The notes under the pieces: generated by a model
What the model was told of the DNA's origin: nothing
The model's input: the letters and a program-made list of their open reading frames with translations, nothing else
Databases searched by the model: none
Source of the DNA: a virus
Direction: 5' to 3' (one strand)
DNA length: 64,000 nucleotides
Virus record (IMG/VR): IMGVR_UViG_3300042898_002514
In this document: positions 45,500 through 55,695 of the stretch, in pieces
Position numbering within the stretch: position 1 is the first letter of the stretch
Layout of the letters: each line of letters begins with the position of its first letter
Made by a program: the position numbers and the translations under genes

Positions 45500-46132
45500 A
45501 TGAAATTTCAAAAAATAACAGACGAGTTAACAATTTATGATAGGACTATTTTAAAAATAAAAGTAATAGATACTCATTACACATCTGAATTAAAAAATCA
45601 TTCAACATTTATTATTGGAAATAATTGTAAGATGGTATCGGCATCTTATCAAATTAACGGAAAATTTGGCGCCTGCGTAAATGAAAATATTGTATTAGAT
45701 GGGAGTGCATTGATTATTGAAACTCCCGGATACAAATTTCAAGAGCAACAATTGGTAACATTTGATCCTACTATTCAGGGTCAATTAAGTTATATAGATG
45801 GTTGCTCAAATACCAATATTATTAATCCGTTGCGTAACGGAGATCCCTGTATAAATTATTTGTTTTTTCCTAACGATATAAAGCAAACATTTCACACACA
45901 TCCTAGTATTCGAATAGGCGTAATATTAGAAGGTAGGGGATTTGCTGAAATTGACAAAGAAGTAGTTGAATTATCCAAAGGTGATCGATTTATTTTAGAC
46001 AGACACGCTAGACATAGATTTTTTACAACAGACTCTTTTATGAGTTTAGCTGTTTTTCATCCAGATAGTGAAGACGGTCCAAAAGATGAAGCTAACCCTA
46101 TGAAAACTAGAACATATATAAATAATCAATAA
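45500..46132 (+). CDS. cupin-domain protein
   Basis: QTFHTHPSIRIG...HRFFT. Confidence 0.75.
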   Translation: MKFQKITDELTIYDRTILKIKVIDTHYTSELKNHSTFIIGNNCKMVSASYQINGKFGACVNENIVLDGSALIIETPGYKFQEQQLVTFDPTIQGQLSYIDGCSNTNIINPLRNGDPCINYLFFPNDIKQTFHTHPSIRIGVILEGRGFAEIDKEVVELSKGDRFILDRHARHRFFTTDSFMSLAVFHPDSEDGPKDEANPMKTRTYINNQ

Positions 46133-46144
46133 TTGGAGATAACA

Positions 46145-46450
46145 ATGATTAAAATTAAAAGAGAATATACAAGACCTTCTGCAGATATTCCTTGGCACGG
46201 GGATGTCTTACCAGCCGTCGAATTTAAGACCAAATTACAAACTTATATTGATTCAAGTAAACACATTTCGTATAATATCACATATAGCGAAGATGGATTG
46301 AAAATGTTTTATGAAGGAGTTTGGGTTGATCGTGCGGCTTTTGACGAATACGATGTTGACCCGGACCTTGTCCCGTACTGGGATTTAAGAAACGAATACT
46401 ACTCTTCTGTTGGTATTACTATAGGTCCTAAAATTTTTGAAGATATTTAA
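46145..46450 (+). CDS. hypothetical protein
   Basis: GGAG SD, 101 aa. Confidence 0.7.
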   Translation: MIKIKREYTRPSADIPWHGDVLPAVEFKTKLQTYIDSSKHISYNITYSEDGLKMFYEGVWVDRAAFDEYDVDPDLVPYWDLRNEYYSSVGITIGPKIFEDI

Positions 46451-47325
46451 TATATTAAGTTTTTAGGAACTAATACAACATCTCCTATATAGGGGTCCCA
46501 ATTCGCGGACCCCTTATTTTTTAATAGAGTTATTATGGTATCTGCTAATTTCATATTTTCAAAATTTAAAGTTTTAAGAGGAGATACAAAATTCATCTTT
46601 ACTAAATCTGCCAGCAATATACTCTTAGGATCATAAAAAAACTTACCATTAGTTCTCAACTTATTGCTGTTTAAAATATGATACCACGAATCAAAAATCC
46701 TGCTATAAAAATTCATTTCGCCAGATTTTTTATAAAAATTTAAAGATTGCTGATAAGCTATTTCAGTTAGATGCATAGGTATGTAAAACACACTAGAATC
46801 GTAATTGGTAATTTTTCTATTAAAGATAGTTAGGTATTTGTTTACACTATCTTTTTCTAGATCACCCTCTCCTACAATTATATAAAAATCACTTGGAATT
46901 AATTTTAAAATATATGGGACTGTAGAGTACGTGGGCCAACATACTTCAGTAATTTTAAAATTTTCATGTATTATTGATTTTAGAATATCATCAATGGAAA
47001 ATTCATAAATGTTTAATTTAACACCATATTTCTTAGCAATATCCTCAACTATTATTTTTGTAGAATCATTAATTCCGTTAATATGAAAGAAAAAATATTC
47101 TACCGGAATGTCGTTTAGGTGTATGTAATGTGCAATTAATTCACTGTCAATTCCAGAAAGGCACAGACCAATTTTATCAAGTCCTAAACCTGTCATCTCT
47201 TGTTTGATATCTTTTACAGTTTTATCAACTGCATCAAAGAACGTATCTGTAGTTACTTTATCAAAATTATCTATTTGGTATGTGAACTTTTTTGTATTTT
47301 TATCAAATGTATAAATTCTATTCAT
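46447..47325 (-). CDS. PP-loop ATPase-like protein
   Basis: LCLSGIDSE. Confidence 0.6.
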   Translation of the reverse strand: MNRIYTFDKNTKKFTYQIDNFDKVTTDTFFDAVDKTVKDIKQEMTGLGLDKIGLCLSGIDSELIAHYIHLNDIPVEYFFFHINGINDSTKIIVEDIAKKYGVKLNIYEFSIDDILKSIIHENFKITEVCWPTYSTVPYILKLIPSDFYIIVGEGDLEKDSVNKYLTIFNRKITNYDSSVFYIPMHLTEIAYQQSLNFYKKSGEMNFYSRIFDSWYHILNSNKLRTNGKFFYDPKSILLADLVKMNFVSPLKTLNFENMKLADTIITLLKNKGSANWDPYIGDVVLVPKNLIY

Positions 47326-48436
47326 GTTTAAAATTTGTAATGTGATTTGTATCATCAAATACATCACTAAGATCTATAGATTGTGTTACACTTTGATCAG
47401 CAGTGATTGCGTTAAATCTTGGACGTAGATATAATATATTTTTTAAACTTGGTCTTTTTACTTTTTGCAAATATTCATTAGACCCTAATACGCTACACAC
47501 AAACTTTTTTGCAGAAATCTTATATGTATTCCATGATCCTAGATGTTTAGACTCTTGATTGTTCATACTCCATAATTGAAAATTTGTGGTATCAAAAAAT
47601 GGAAAATATCGATCATCTAACCAAGCAGTATTAATATTGTTTGTTACGTTGCTAAACAAAAATAATCGATAATAAACATATATCCATTTCCATGTAAAAT
47701 TATACCACCAAAACAGATCCCAAACTTGATTATTATGATTCGGGCACGTTTTTAGATTTTCAATAAACAATGATGTCCACATTTTTGCTGATCTTGATGA
47801 TATTTTTTTAGAGTCCATAAAAAACTTTACCATTGTATCAAAATTAATTGTCTTGTTTAATGAACCGGGACCACCCCACAGTTCATAACTTTGTTGAATA
47901 TCTGCACCAAATAATTGATCATTTAGTTCGCCGATAACGTAAATCCAATTACCTATGTCCTTATCACTATAAGAAAAATCACTATTTTCAACTTTGAAAT
48001 GTGGTCTTATAAATTTATACCACATTTCTGGATTTTCATCGACACTGTTTTGATTCATTTTTATAGTAATTCTTTTTGAGGCTTGTTCTACTCCTAGAAG
48101 TTTGATAAACGAGGATACAATCACACTCGAATCAATTCCTCCACTATACATAATTTGTATTGGAATATCGAGATCTTCTTGTTGTTTTAATATTTGTGCA
48201 GCACGTTCTATTACACATTCTTCATATGTAATACTTGAATTTTTAAATTCTGGTAGCCTAAATTTATCAGGAACGTATGTTCGTATAGGAAATCTAAATG
48301 TATTGGTTCTATCATTGATGCCTATACAACGATCCTGAATAATGCTATAAAAGTCTAACCATTCTTTAAATTTGGGATCAGCAATTAATTGAGCATTAAG
48401 AATATCAGCTTGATATGCTATCAACGATTGTGTCAT
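47318..48436 (-). CDS. PP-loop ATPase (asparagine synthase-like)
   Basis: MYSGGIDS, GELNDQLFG. Confidence 0.7.
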   Translation of the reverse strand: MTQSLIAYQADILNAQLIADPKFKEWLDFYSIIQDRCIGINDRTNTFRFPIRTYVPDKFRLPEFKNSSITYEECVIERAAQILKQQEDLDIPIQIMYSGGIDSSVIVSSFIKLLGVEQASKRITIKMNQNSVDENPEMWYKFIRPHFKVENSDFSYSDKDIGNWIYVIGELNDQLFGADIQQSYELWGGPGSLNKTINFDTMVKFFMDSKKISSRSAKMWTSLFIENLKTCPNHNNQVWDLFWWYNFTWKWIYVYYRLFLFSNVTNNINTAWLDDRYFPFFDTTNFQLWSMNNQESKHLGSWNTYKISAKKFVCSVLGSNEYLQKVKRPSLKNILYLRPRFNAITADQSVTQSIDLSDVFDDTNHITNFKHE

Positions 48437-49020
48437 ACAACAGCCATCCTACTAATAATTTTGTTTTCTATAATATCTAATTTACTAATATCATTTTCCA
48501 AAATAATCACTTCCATAAAATAATCAATGGTAGATTGTAATTTTATTAATATATGATTAAACGAGTCAGATTTAATTTTTAATTCTTTCAATGCTTCTTC
48601 TTTTGTTAAGCCTCTACCGCTTACATAGTCATCTAATAATTTTTCGTTTTTTGATTCTAACATATCATTTATTAAGTAGGCTACGGCTGGATTAAAGAAA
48701 AAATTACAAGTTGATAGTGATTTTGCAGTAACAAAGAATAGTACTTTAACAATTTTTCGTTTTTTTAATGCTAACAATTTTTTAAGTTTTATGTACTCAG
48801 GAACTTCGGTATCTAACTTTAACTCTATGCCTTGTTTAGAAATGCACAGGCAATTATCTTCAATATTTTTGTCGGTAATATTTTTGTAAAAGTCATAGTG
48901 TGGATAAAGTGCTATAATGTCTACATCAAATAAAGAAGACTTTAAACTTGTAGATAATCTAGTATCTTCCACATACGTAAGTATTACACGGGTCGCAGCA
49001 TCGACTATAATATATTTCAT
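48433..49020 (-). CDS. hypothetical protein
   Basis: 195-aa AT-rich ORF coupled to next gene. Confidence 0.65.
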   Translation of the reverse strand: MKYIIVDAATRVILTYVEDTRLSTSLKSSLFDVDIIALYPHYDFYKNITDKNIEDNCLCISKQGIELKLDTEVPEYIKLKKLLALKKRKIVKVLFFVTAKSLSTCNFFFNPAVAYLINDMLESKNEKLLDDYVSGRGLTKEEALKELKIKSDSFNHILIKLQSTIDYFMEVIILENDISKLDIIENKIISRMAVV

Positions 49021-49037
49021 GTTAAATGCCAGAATTT

Positions 49038-49490
49038 TTAAATTTCTTTAATCATCAAGTAGAAGAAAGGCTTCATTCCTACCTTTTCAGCAGATTTCTG
49101 TCGAACAAGATTTTTAACGTGTACATAACTTGAAATGTATTGACAACCTTTTTCTTTTGCAATTTGCTCAAAGTGCTTGTGAAGTATTGTATAGATACCT
49201 CTGCCTCTGCAAGTTTCGTCAACAGCACTAAGAGTGATCCAAAGATGATTGGGCCTAACTGTATCATATACAATATGACCCAAAATCTTGCCATCTTGTT
49301 CTGCATAAACAGCTCCGCAGGTTTTATCATCCCATGTGGTAATAGATGTTCCAAATCCTTTATCGATTAGTTCTGCCATTTGTCGCAGAAAGAATGTATA
49401 AATGGGGCTCTTGCCAAGTTGATCGGTCCTGAAAACGTTTATTTCATTGCCTAGTTTGTCTGTCTCACTGTTTAGGAATACTGGTTTCAT
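49038..49490 (-). CDS. GNAT acetyltransferase
   Basis: VDETCRGRGIY, N...AEKVGM. Confidence 0.85.
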   Translation of the reverse strand: MKPVFLNSETDKLGNEINVFRTDQLGKSPIYTFFLRQMAELIDKGFGTSITTWDDKTCGAVYAEQDGKILGHIVYDTVRPNHLWITLSAVDETCRGRGIYTILHKHFEQIAKEKGCQYISSYVHVKNLVRQKSAEKVGMKPFFYLMIKEI

Positions 49491-49664
49491 GCCTATATTT
49501 AACCATCAACTGTAGGTGCTTAAAAATTAGTTGTCTATTAAACTAGCATAATACTTTGTTTTTGGGTATAAATTCGTGTTTGCTATCATAACTCACAGTA
49601 GAATTTAACACTCCAAGTTATCATAATGCGAATAAATACAAGTTAAGATATTCAGGAGTTTAAA

Positions 49665-51074
49665 ATGCCATTACAAATACGCAGAGGGACCACTGCACAA
49701 CGACTTGCAATCACACCATTGACCGGCGAGCTGATTCATGATACTACTACCGGACAATTGTTTGTGGGTAATGGTACAACTGCTGGCGGTGTCACTACTA
49801 CTGGTATTTCTTTAGAAGATGCGGCTGATGCCGCAGCATCATTGTTTACTACAGGATCGCATTCCGGAATCACATTTGCTTATAATGACGCAGCTGGTCG
49901 AATAGATGCTACTGTTACTGTGGCAGCTACTGGTCCGTTTGATGGCGATTTAACAGGTAGTGTATTTGCAGATGATTCTACCTTGCTAGTTGACGGCACC
50001 GGAGGGGCTCTGGTTGGTTCTTTAAGAACTTCAGGTGACGTGTATATTACTAAAAATTCGTATTCTGGTACGTTTGGAAATGGATTAACATATGCGCAAC
50101 ACCACTCAACTGTTGATGCAGTAAATTTTAATTTTTTAAGAACTCGGGGAACAGATATTGCACCCACCGCTGTTGCCAACGGCGACGATATTGCTGATTT
50201 AAATTTCATAGGTCACGACGGTACCAATAGAGTGTCAATTGGTGGTATAACTGCTAGAGTTTCGGGAGCTGTGTCATTGGGAATTGTTCCAGGCGAACTT
50301 ACGTTTGATACTCGTAGTACAGCAGGAGTATTGTCGGAAAAAGCAGCATTAACATCAGACGGTATATGGAAAATCAATCAACTTGGTGCGCTTTCGGGTA
50401 CAACCATAAATGTTGTTGACAATAATACTATTACATTAGGTGATGTTAGACTGAGTCAAGATGGACTTTCTACTATAAACACTAATGCTACTTTGATATT
50501 ATCTGCAAACGGAACTGGCTCAGTTGACATTGAATCTCTTAGAATTATAGGTAGTACTATATCAACTACAGATTCTAGCAGCATCACAGTTTCTCAAGCA
50601 TCTACCTTTAGCAGTAATCTAACTGTTGACGGCACACTAACAGTCGGTGACAGTATTGTACAAAACAACGCTAACAGAGACTATGTCAGTACCACATTAC
50701 AGACACAGGGAGTTGCTCGAGTAGTAGAGGGAGTACAAAACGGTACCTATACTCAATTGGTTACAAATACAGCAGAGACATATACAACCATTTCTTATAA
50801 CTCCACAATCTACAAAGGTTGTCGGGCAACATTCAAAGTCCATCAGTCTACCAATGTCTATATTAGTGAGGTGTTGTTGGTCAATGACACAACCACAGTC
50901 ACTATTGTAAATGCTCAGGCTACAGCGGCAGCGATCAACTTCAGTATCATTGGTTCGATTACTGCAGACTACGACAGTGCATCTGGTACGATTAGACTAA
51001 GACCAATTACTAGTACATCGATTACATCTGGTCTTAATTTATTTTGGACTGTAAGTTACCAATTGTTCACATAA
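49665..51074 (+). CDS. virion structural/tail fibre-like protein
   Basis: MPLQIRRGT..R...GELIHDT N-terminus, Thr/Gly-rich; TAAATA box upstream. Confidence 0.75.
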   Translation: MPLQIRRGTTAQRLAITPLTGELIHDTTTGQLFVGNGTTAGGVTTTGISLEDAADAAASLFTTGSHSGITFAYNDAAGRIDATVTVAATGPFDGDLTGSVFADDSTLLVDGTGGALVGSLRTSGDVYITKNSYSGTFGNGLTYAQHHSTVDAVNFNFLRTRGTDIAPTAVANGDDIADLNFIGHDGTNRVSIGGITARVSGAVSLGIVPGELTFDTRSTAGVLSEKAALTSDGIWKINQLGALSGTTINVVDNNTITLGDVRLSQDGLSTINTNATLILSANGTGSVDIESLRIIGSTISTTDSSSITVSQASTFSSNLTVDGTLTVGDSIVQNNANRDYVSTTLQTQGVARVVEGVQNGTYTQLVTNTAETYTTISYNSTIYKGCRATFKVHQSTNVYISEVLLVNDTTTVTIVNAQATAAAINFSIIGSITADYDSASGTIRLRPITSTSITSGLNLFWTVSYQLFT

Positions 51075-51088
51075 TTGACAAAAAAGAC

Positions 51089-51116
51089 TTGACTCTAGTA
51101 TTATTTCCTGTATACT
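51089..51116 (+). promoter_or_regulatory. sigma70-type promoter
   Basis: TTGACT-16-TATACT directly before the tRNA-like RNA. Confidence 0.65.
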
Positions 51117-51122
51117 AATATT

Positions 51123-51233
51123 GTGGTCGTGAGTGGAATAGGCAGACCTCCCGCCAGGCCCATAGCTTGGTAAGGGGACGGGGCGTAGTCATAGACGTAG
51201 CCCTTGTAGGTTCGAAACCTACCGACCATACCA
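51123..51233 (+). ncRNA. tRNA-like RNA (Leu-type body, enlarged anticodon and variable arms)
   Basis: GTGGTCG/CGACCAT acceptor, GGAATAGGCAGAC D loop, GTAGG-TTCGAAA-CCTAC T arm, ACCA; 111 nt. Confidence 0.75.
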
Positions 51234-51276
51234 TATACGATAATAAGTATTAGAACATAACTTTAAGGAAACAATT

Positions 51277-51468
51277 ATGTCAACAACAGTAGAACAATTA
51301 AAAGCAGACTTCGAAGCATTCTTAGCTGAGGACGCAAAATTCACAGCAGGCAACGGTGCCGCAGGTACTCGTGCTCGTAAAGCACTTCAAGAAGTTGCCA
51401 AGGGTGTTAAAACTCGTCGCAACGAAATCACAGAAGAAAAAAACACTCGTAAAGAAGCCAAGGCCTAA
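51277..51468 (+). CDS. histone H1-like Hc1-family protein
   Basis: KF..GN.AAGTRARK.L.E..K. Confidence 0.8.
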   Translation: MSTTVEQLKADFEAFLAEDAKFTAGNGAAGTRARKALQEVAKGVKTRRNEITEEKNTRKEAKA

Positions 51469-51470
51469 TC

Positions 51471-51971
51471 GTGAGCAAACAAGATCTTGACGATCCTGAT
51501 GTAGGCATTATTGCACAGGATATTGGTACATTAGATCTAGGTTACGGCGCCGTTCCTCCCGACTATGGTAACATCAGTTATAGTGGCGGCGTCGATACCA
51601 TCACAATAGATACTAGCACTATGAATAGTATGTACAGTTCAAATACTATTACTTTACCGAGCACAACTATTGCTAATAATGGATATACCATTGGAAGTGC
51701 CAGCAGTAATAACTATTATATCACAGGTACTAGTGGTTATAATACATCATCAAGTGTGAATATCAGCAGTGACGGTATTGATATGGCCGCTGGCACTGAT
51801 ATCAAAGTAGATGGCAAAAGTCTCAAAGAGTTCATGAACAAGATGGAAGAACGCTTGGCCATACTTGTGCCTGACCCTAAGAAACTAGAACAGTTTGCCG
51901 CACTTAAAAAAGCCTACGATCATTACAAGCTGATGGAGAAACTCTGTCAGGAACCACCTAAAGAAGATTAA
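51471..51971 (+). CDS. hypothetical phage protein
   Basis: Ser/Thr-rich; ERLAILVP...LKKAYDHY. Confidence 0.75.
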   Translation: MSKQDLDDPDVGIIAQDIGTLDLGYGAVPPDYGNISYSGGVDTITIDTSTMNSMYSSNTITLPSTTIANNGYTIGSASSNNYYITGTSGYNTSSSVNISSDGIDMAAGTDIKVDGKSLKEFMNKMEERLAILVPDPKKLEQFAALKKAYDHYKLMEKLCQEPPKED

Positions 51972-51975
51972 ATAC

Positions 51976-52641
51976 ATGAATGTTAAACTTTTATCCTATA
52001 GTCAACCAACAGAGGAATTTAGAGATCTGGGCCTCACAGATGCGCAGGAACTCATTGCGTATTGCGCCCGTGTCAGCAATCCCTCCAATCAGCTCAACAC
52101 AGACACATCCGAAAAACTCATACGATATCTTGTTAAACACGCCCACTGGAGCCCACTTGAAATGGTCTCCGCCTGCGTTGAAATTACCACAACCAGAGAC
52201 ATTGCCCGACAGATCCTTAGACACAGAAGTTTTAGTTTCCAAGAATTTTCTCAACGCTATGCTGACCCAACTCGAGATCTCAATTTCGTTACAAGAGAAG
52301 CCAGACTACAAGACTCCAAAAACAGACAGAACTCAGTCGAAGTGGAAGATCAACAGTTACAAAATGAATGGTTTAGAGCTCAACAACGAGTCATCTATGC
52401 CGCACAACGAGAATACGAGTGGGCTATCAAGAATGGCATAGCCAAGGAACAGGCTCGTGCTGTGTTACCCGAAGGCCTAATTGAAAGCAGATTGTATATG
52501 AACGGCACTCTACGTAGCTGGATTCACTTTATTGAATTGCGTAGTGCAAACGGTACACAAAAAGAGCATCAACTAGTTGCTGTAGCCTGTGCTAAGGCCA
52601 TTGCTGCCATATTCCCAATGAGTGAAAGCCTAGTGCAATGA
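51976..52641 (+). CDS. thyX: FAD-dependent thymidylate synthase
   Basis: HWSPLE, RQILRHRSFSFQEFSQRY. Confidence 0.97.
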   Translation: MNVKLLSYSQPTEEFRDLGLTDAQELIAYCARVSNPSNQLNTDTSEKLIRYLVKHAHWSPLEMVSACVEITTTRDIARQILRHRSFSFQEFSQRYADPTRDLNFVTREARLQDSKNRQNSVEVEDQQLQNEWFRAQQRVIYAAQREYEWAIKNGIAKEQARAVLPEGLIESRLYMNGTLRSWIHFIELRSANGTQKEHQLVAVACAKAIAAIFPMSESLVQ

Positions 52642-53021
52642 AAGAAAAAATTGATCAGTTTTGCAAAAACTACGAAATACAAATCGTAGATGATCAAAAA
52701 CGGAGGGCTAGATACCACCCTCCCAAATATTTTACAGATCCTATGCGAGCAGATATTATCAATAAGGATTTTGTAGAATTTGAAACTGAAAAAGTCTATA
52801 CAGTTCAAATACCTGAAAGCCGCTTTCGAGCTCTAGTAGAAATGGAACAGAGATTTTTTGGCAACCATAAACACGGCTACAGTGATGCTGATATGTTTTC
52901 TATGCTTATGGAAAAAGAACGTGAGGAAAGTTGGTATCGGCAGTCAAACACGGCTGTGCAAAAAGCATACGAACAATACAGTATTATGCTTAATCTGGCA
53001 GGATATCAAAGAAAAATCTAA
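52638..53021 (+). CDS. hypothetical protein
   Basis: 127 aa, overlapping start. Confidence 0.75.
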   Translation: MKEKIDQFCKNYEIQIVDDQKRRARYHPPKYFTDPMRADIINKDFVEFETEKVYTVQIPESRFRALVEMEQRFFGNHKHGYSDADMFSMLMEKEREESWYRQSNTAVQKAYEQYSIMLNLAGYQRKI

Positions 53022-53681
53022 ATGAAAACCGCAATTGTGATACCCGCGAGACTTGCAAGCACTCGCTTTCCAAATAAAATGCTATGTGATGTCGGTGGAC
53101 AAACTCTTATTCGTAGAGTCTACGAACAATGCTTATCCACGGGGCTCGATGTATATGTTGCAACGGACAGCAAAGACATTGCCGCTGAAGTATCAAATGC
53201 TCTACTGGTATATGATTCTGAAAACGGTACAGCTCGTATTGCCAAAGCCATAGATCAAATGCCTCATTATGATGCCATAATCAATGTGCAGGGTGACATG
53301 GTAACAGTGCCTGTAGAAGATGTAAAGAAATTGCCATTGCTGCTCAATATCTACGATGTTGCCACATTAAAACATCCCATGGCAGATGGTCAACGACACG
53401 ATCCTAACACTGTTAAAGTGATTTCGTCGGGCACCGAAGCACACTGGTTCTGTCGTGCTCCTTTAAAATACGGTGATTGGCATTACGGTATCTACGCTTA
53501 CAGAATGGATGCTCTTAAAAAATACCAAACACTGACTGTCTATCCCGAAGAAAACATTGAAAGTCTGGAACAATTACGTTGGATACAAAATGGTTACACT
53601 ATTGGTATCATCGACGCAGGAATCGCTGCTGAAATCAATACTCCGGAAGATTTAGAATTGTTCAAAAAAGAATCTTATTGA
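53022..53681 (+). CDS. kdsB: CMP-Kdo synthetase
   Basis: IPARLASTRFPNK, NVQGD, ESLEQLR. Confidence 0.92.
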   Translation: MKTAIVIPARLASTRFPNKMLCDVGGQTLIRRVYEQCLSTGLDVYVATDSKDIAAEVSNALLVYDSENGTARIAKAIDQMPHYDAIINVQGDMVTVPVEDVKKLPLLLNIYDVATLKHPMADGQRHDPNTVKVISSGTEAHWFCRAPLKYGDWHYGIYAYRMDALKKYQTLTVYPEENIESLEQLRWIQNGYTIGIIDAGIAAEINTPEDLELFKKESY

Positions 53682-53706
53682 CAGGTTTCTAGAAAGACTG
53701 TATAAT
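53678..53706 (+). promoter_or_regulatory. sigma70 promoter
   Basis: TTGACA-17-TATAAT. Confidence 0.85.
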
Positions 53707-53715
53707 TACTTTATT

Positions 53716-54552
53716 ATGGCACAACACACAAACTATTGGTCTTGCTCACCGTTCGCTGATTGGCTTCGCGGTACTAAAAAACTGGCCGCGGGTACATCCG
53801 ATGAATGGGATGACTGGACCACAGCCGCTCAGATGAAGCACAACTTCCGCTATTGGTTAGCAGAAGAAGCACTTGGACACATCCAAGATTTTGTCACTTG
53901 GCCTGTAAGGACTCTTTATGATATCAAGTACTACATTAACAACCGTTGGGTTAGTCGCACTCATAGCCTTACCGCTCATCCCCGGGATATTAAGCCTGGC
54001 CAGTGGCAGGACGTGGGGAACCGCTTTTTGCCTTGCTTATTCAATGAGTTGGTTGATTTTGTTGAGATAGAATCAGCTTGGAGTCATATTGCCTGGGGCG
54101 ACAAAGAAGCTCGTGCCAAGTATGATCCTCCCTTCTGGGCCAGTGGTTGGTTCCGTTGGCGTGTGTGGCGTTGCCCACAGGCTGGTCTCGATCACTTAGA
54201 CTGGGCAATGACACTGACCAACACTGACTGGTGCCAACCAGACGATCCAGAATACGGCAAGCCCACCGGACAAGCAGAACGTGCCAAAGAAATCAAAGAA
54301 CTCTACACCTGGTGGACTGTGACCTATCGTGCTCGTCCTGATCCATATGATGCCAGTGGCTGGAGTGACTACTGCGAACAGGCTAGAATTCTCAATGGTG
54401 GCAAATTGTTTGGTGGTAAGAGTACTCCTGAACTTAAAAAACTAAGCGATAAATCACACAAGCTACTTCAGAAAATTGAAGCCGCATATGAAAAAGAAGA
54501 TGAAGTCATGATGATCCGATTAATCAAGGCTAGAGATAGTTTATGGACCTAA
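53716..54552 (+). CDS. Trp-rich conserved phage protein
   Basis: 278-aa ORF after promoter. Confidence 0.8.
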   Translation: MAQHTNYWSCSPFADWLRGTKKLAAGTSDEWDDWTTAAQMKHNFRYWLAEEALGHIQDFVTWPVRTLYDIKYYINNRWVSRTHSLTAHPRDIKPGQWQDVGNRFLPCLFNELVDFVEIESAWSHIAWGDKEARAKYDPPFWASGWFRWRVWRCPQAGLDHLDWAMTLTNTDWCQPDDPEYGKPTGQAERAKEIKELYTWWTVTYRARPDPYDASGWSDYCEQARILNGGKLFGGKSTPELKKLSDKSHKLLQKIEAAYEKEDEVMMIRLIKARDSLWT

Positions 54553-54884
54553 CAGCCGAAGCTCCAGCTAGGAGTATTTTAAAAGTTAATGAGTGGGGTA
54601 CATCTAAAATGTACAAGGTTGTCTGCGAATGCGGCAACGATGATTGTACACATACCGTTGATATAGAGGCAGAAGATACCGGCGTAACTGTAACCATTTA
54701 TACTAAAACAAGAACTAACTTTTGGTCAATGAATCGTTGGCAACACATTTGGACATTGTTAATCAACGGCCATGTAGACTTCGAAACTAACATACATTTG
54801 TCAGAACAAAGTGCTCTTAATTATAGTGAAACACTAAAACAAGCTGTATATGATGTTAAAAATTTCAAGAAGCCCCTCCCGTAA
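54543..54884 (+). CDS. hypothetical protein (CxC..C.H)
   Basis: CECGNDDCTH. Confidence 0.7.
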   Translation: MDLTAEAPARSILKVNEWGTSKMYKVVCECGNDDCTHTVDIEAEDTGVTVTIYTKTRTNFWSMNRWQHIWTLLINGHVDFETNIHLSEQSALNYSETLKQAVYDVKNFKKPLP

Positions 54885-55422
54885 TACTTTTCAAAAAGAA
54901 AAGTATATCGAACGCTGTAAGGAAGAGGGCAAAGAGCCTAGCAAAGCATATATTAGAATGTACGAAGAACATAATTTTGATAAACTGATCAAAGAAGAGG
55001 ATCCCAATTGGCGTAAAGACAATATGGAATATGATCTTCGATCCACTGATTGGATACTGGCCAAGGTTCGTGAAAGTAATGTGTATGCTCAGAATCTCTA
55101 TGCCTCAATGTGCAATATGCAGTTTATCAAAATGGATGTTTTACCTATTCTAAAAAATCAACGCTGGTCGTGTTCGTGGAGATATGCTGGTGGTATCGTT
55201 GCCGATATGCAGGAGAAAGGCGATTACATTGATTGGTATTGTAGCGGTATTAGAGATACTAGAACTCTAATTGCAAGCGAGTTTGCTGTGCTCACTGAGC
55301 AACAACAACTGGCCTATAAAGAAGGTGAAGGCTATGTTAGCGAAGGCATAGTCACTGATGAGATCCGTGAGGATCTATTTCGTCTGGGCTGGGTAGTCCA
55401 AGACGATAGAATGGACGACTAA
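54850..55422 (+). CDS. hypothetical phage protein
   Basis: WSCSWRYAGGIVA, DYIDWYCSG. Confidence 0.75.
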   Translation: MMLKISRSPSRNTFQKEKYIERCKEEGKEPSKAYIRMYEEHNFDKLIKEEDPNWRKDNMEYDLRSTDWILAKVRESNVYAQNLYASMCNMQFIKMDVLPILKNQRWSCSWRYAGGIVADMQEKGDYIDWYCSGIRDTRTLIASEFAVLTEQQQLAYKEGEGYVSEGIVTDEIREDLFRLGWVVQDDRMDD

Positions 55423-55445
55423 CCAAAAGGAGACAATAGTCCAAA

Positions 55446-55640
55446 ATGAACTGGGAACTTTATGAAGTATGGGCCGAGGACGATGCCGGCCAAGAAGAGT
55501 TGATTGAAACAACCAACAGCCGTAAGCAGGCTTTTGAAATTGCTCAGACTCAATTAAATTTGGGCTATATTGCCAGCATTGTGTATTTGGAAAACGAAGA
55601 TGGCGAGTTAGAAAAGGTCAAAAGATTTGAACACAGTTGA
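55446..55640 (+). CDS. hypothetical acidic protein
   Basis: AGGAG SD, 64 aa. Confidence 0.65.
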   Translation: MNWELYEVWAEDDAGQEELIETTNSRKQAFEIAQTQLNLGYIASIVYLENEDGELEKVKRFEHS

Positions 55641-55665
55641 CAATCTTGATAAATGGTGTTATACT
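55637..55665 (+). promoter_or_regulatory. sigma70-type promoter
   Basis: TTGACA-17-TATACT. Confidence 0.8.
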
Positions 55666-55695
55666 ATAAGTATTGTTTAACACACTGGAGTGAAA

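Noticed and set aside
44438-48436. Lasso-peptide cluster (asparagine synthase-like cyclases)
   Set aside because: No precursor peptide, PqqD/RRE or transglutaminase-like protease was recognised.
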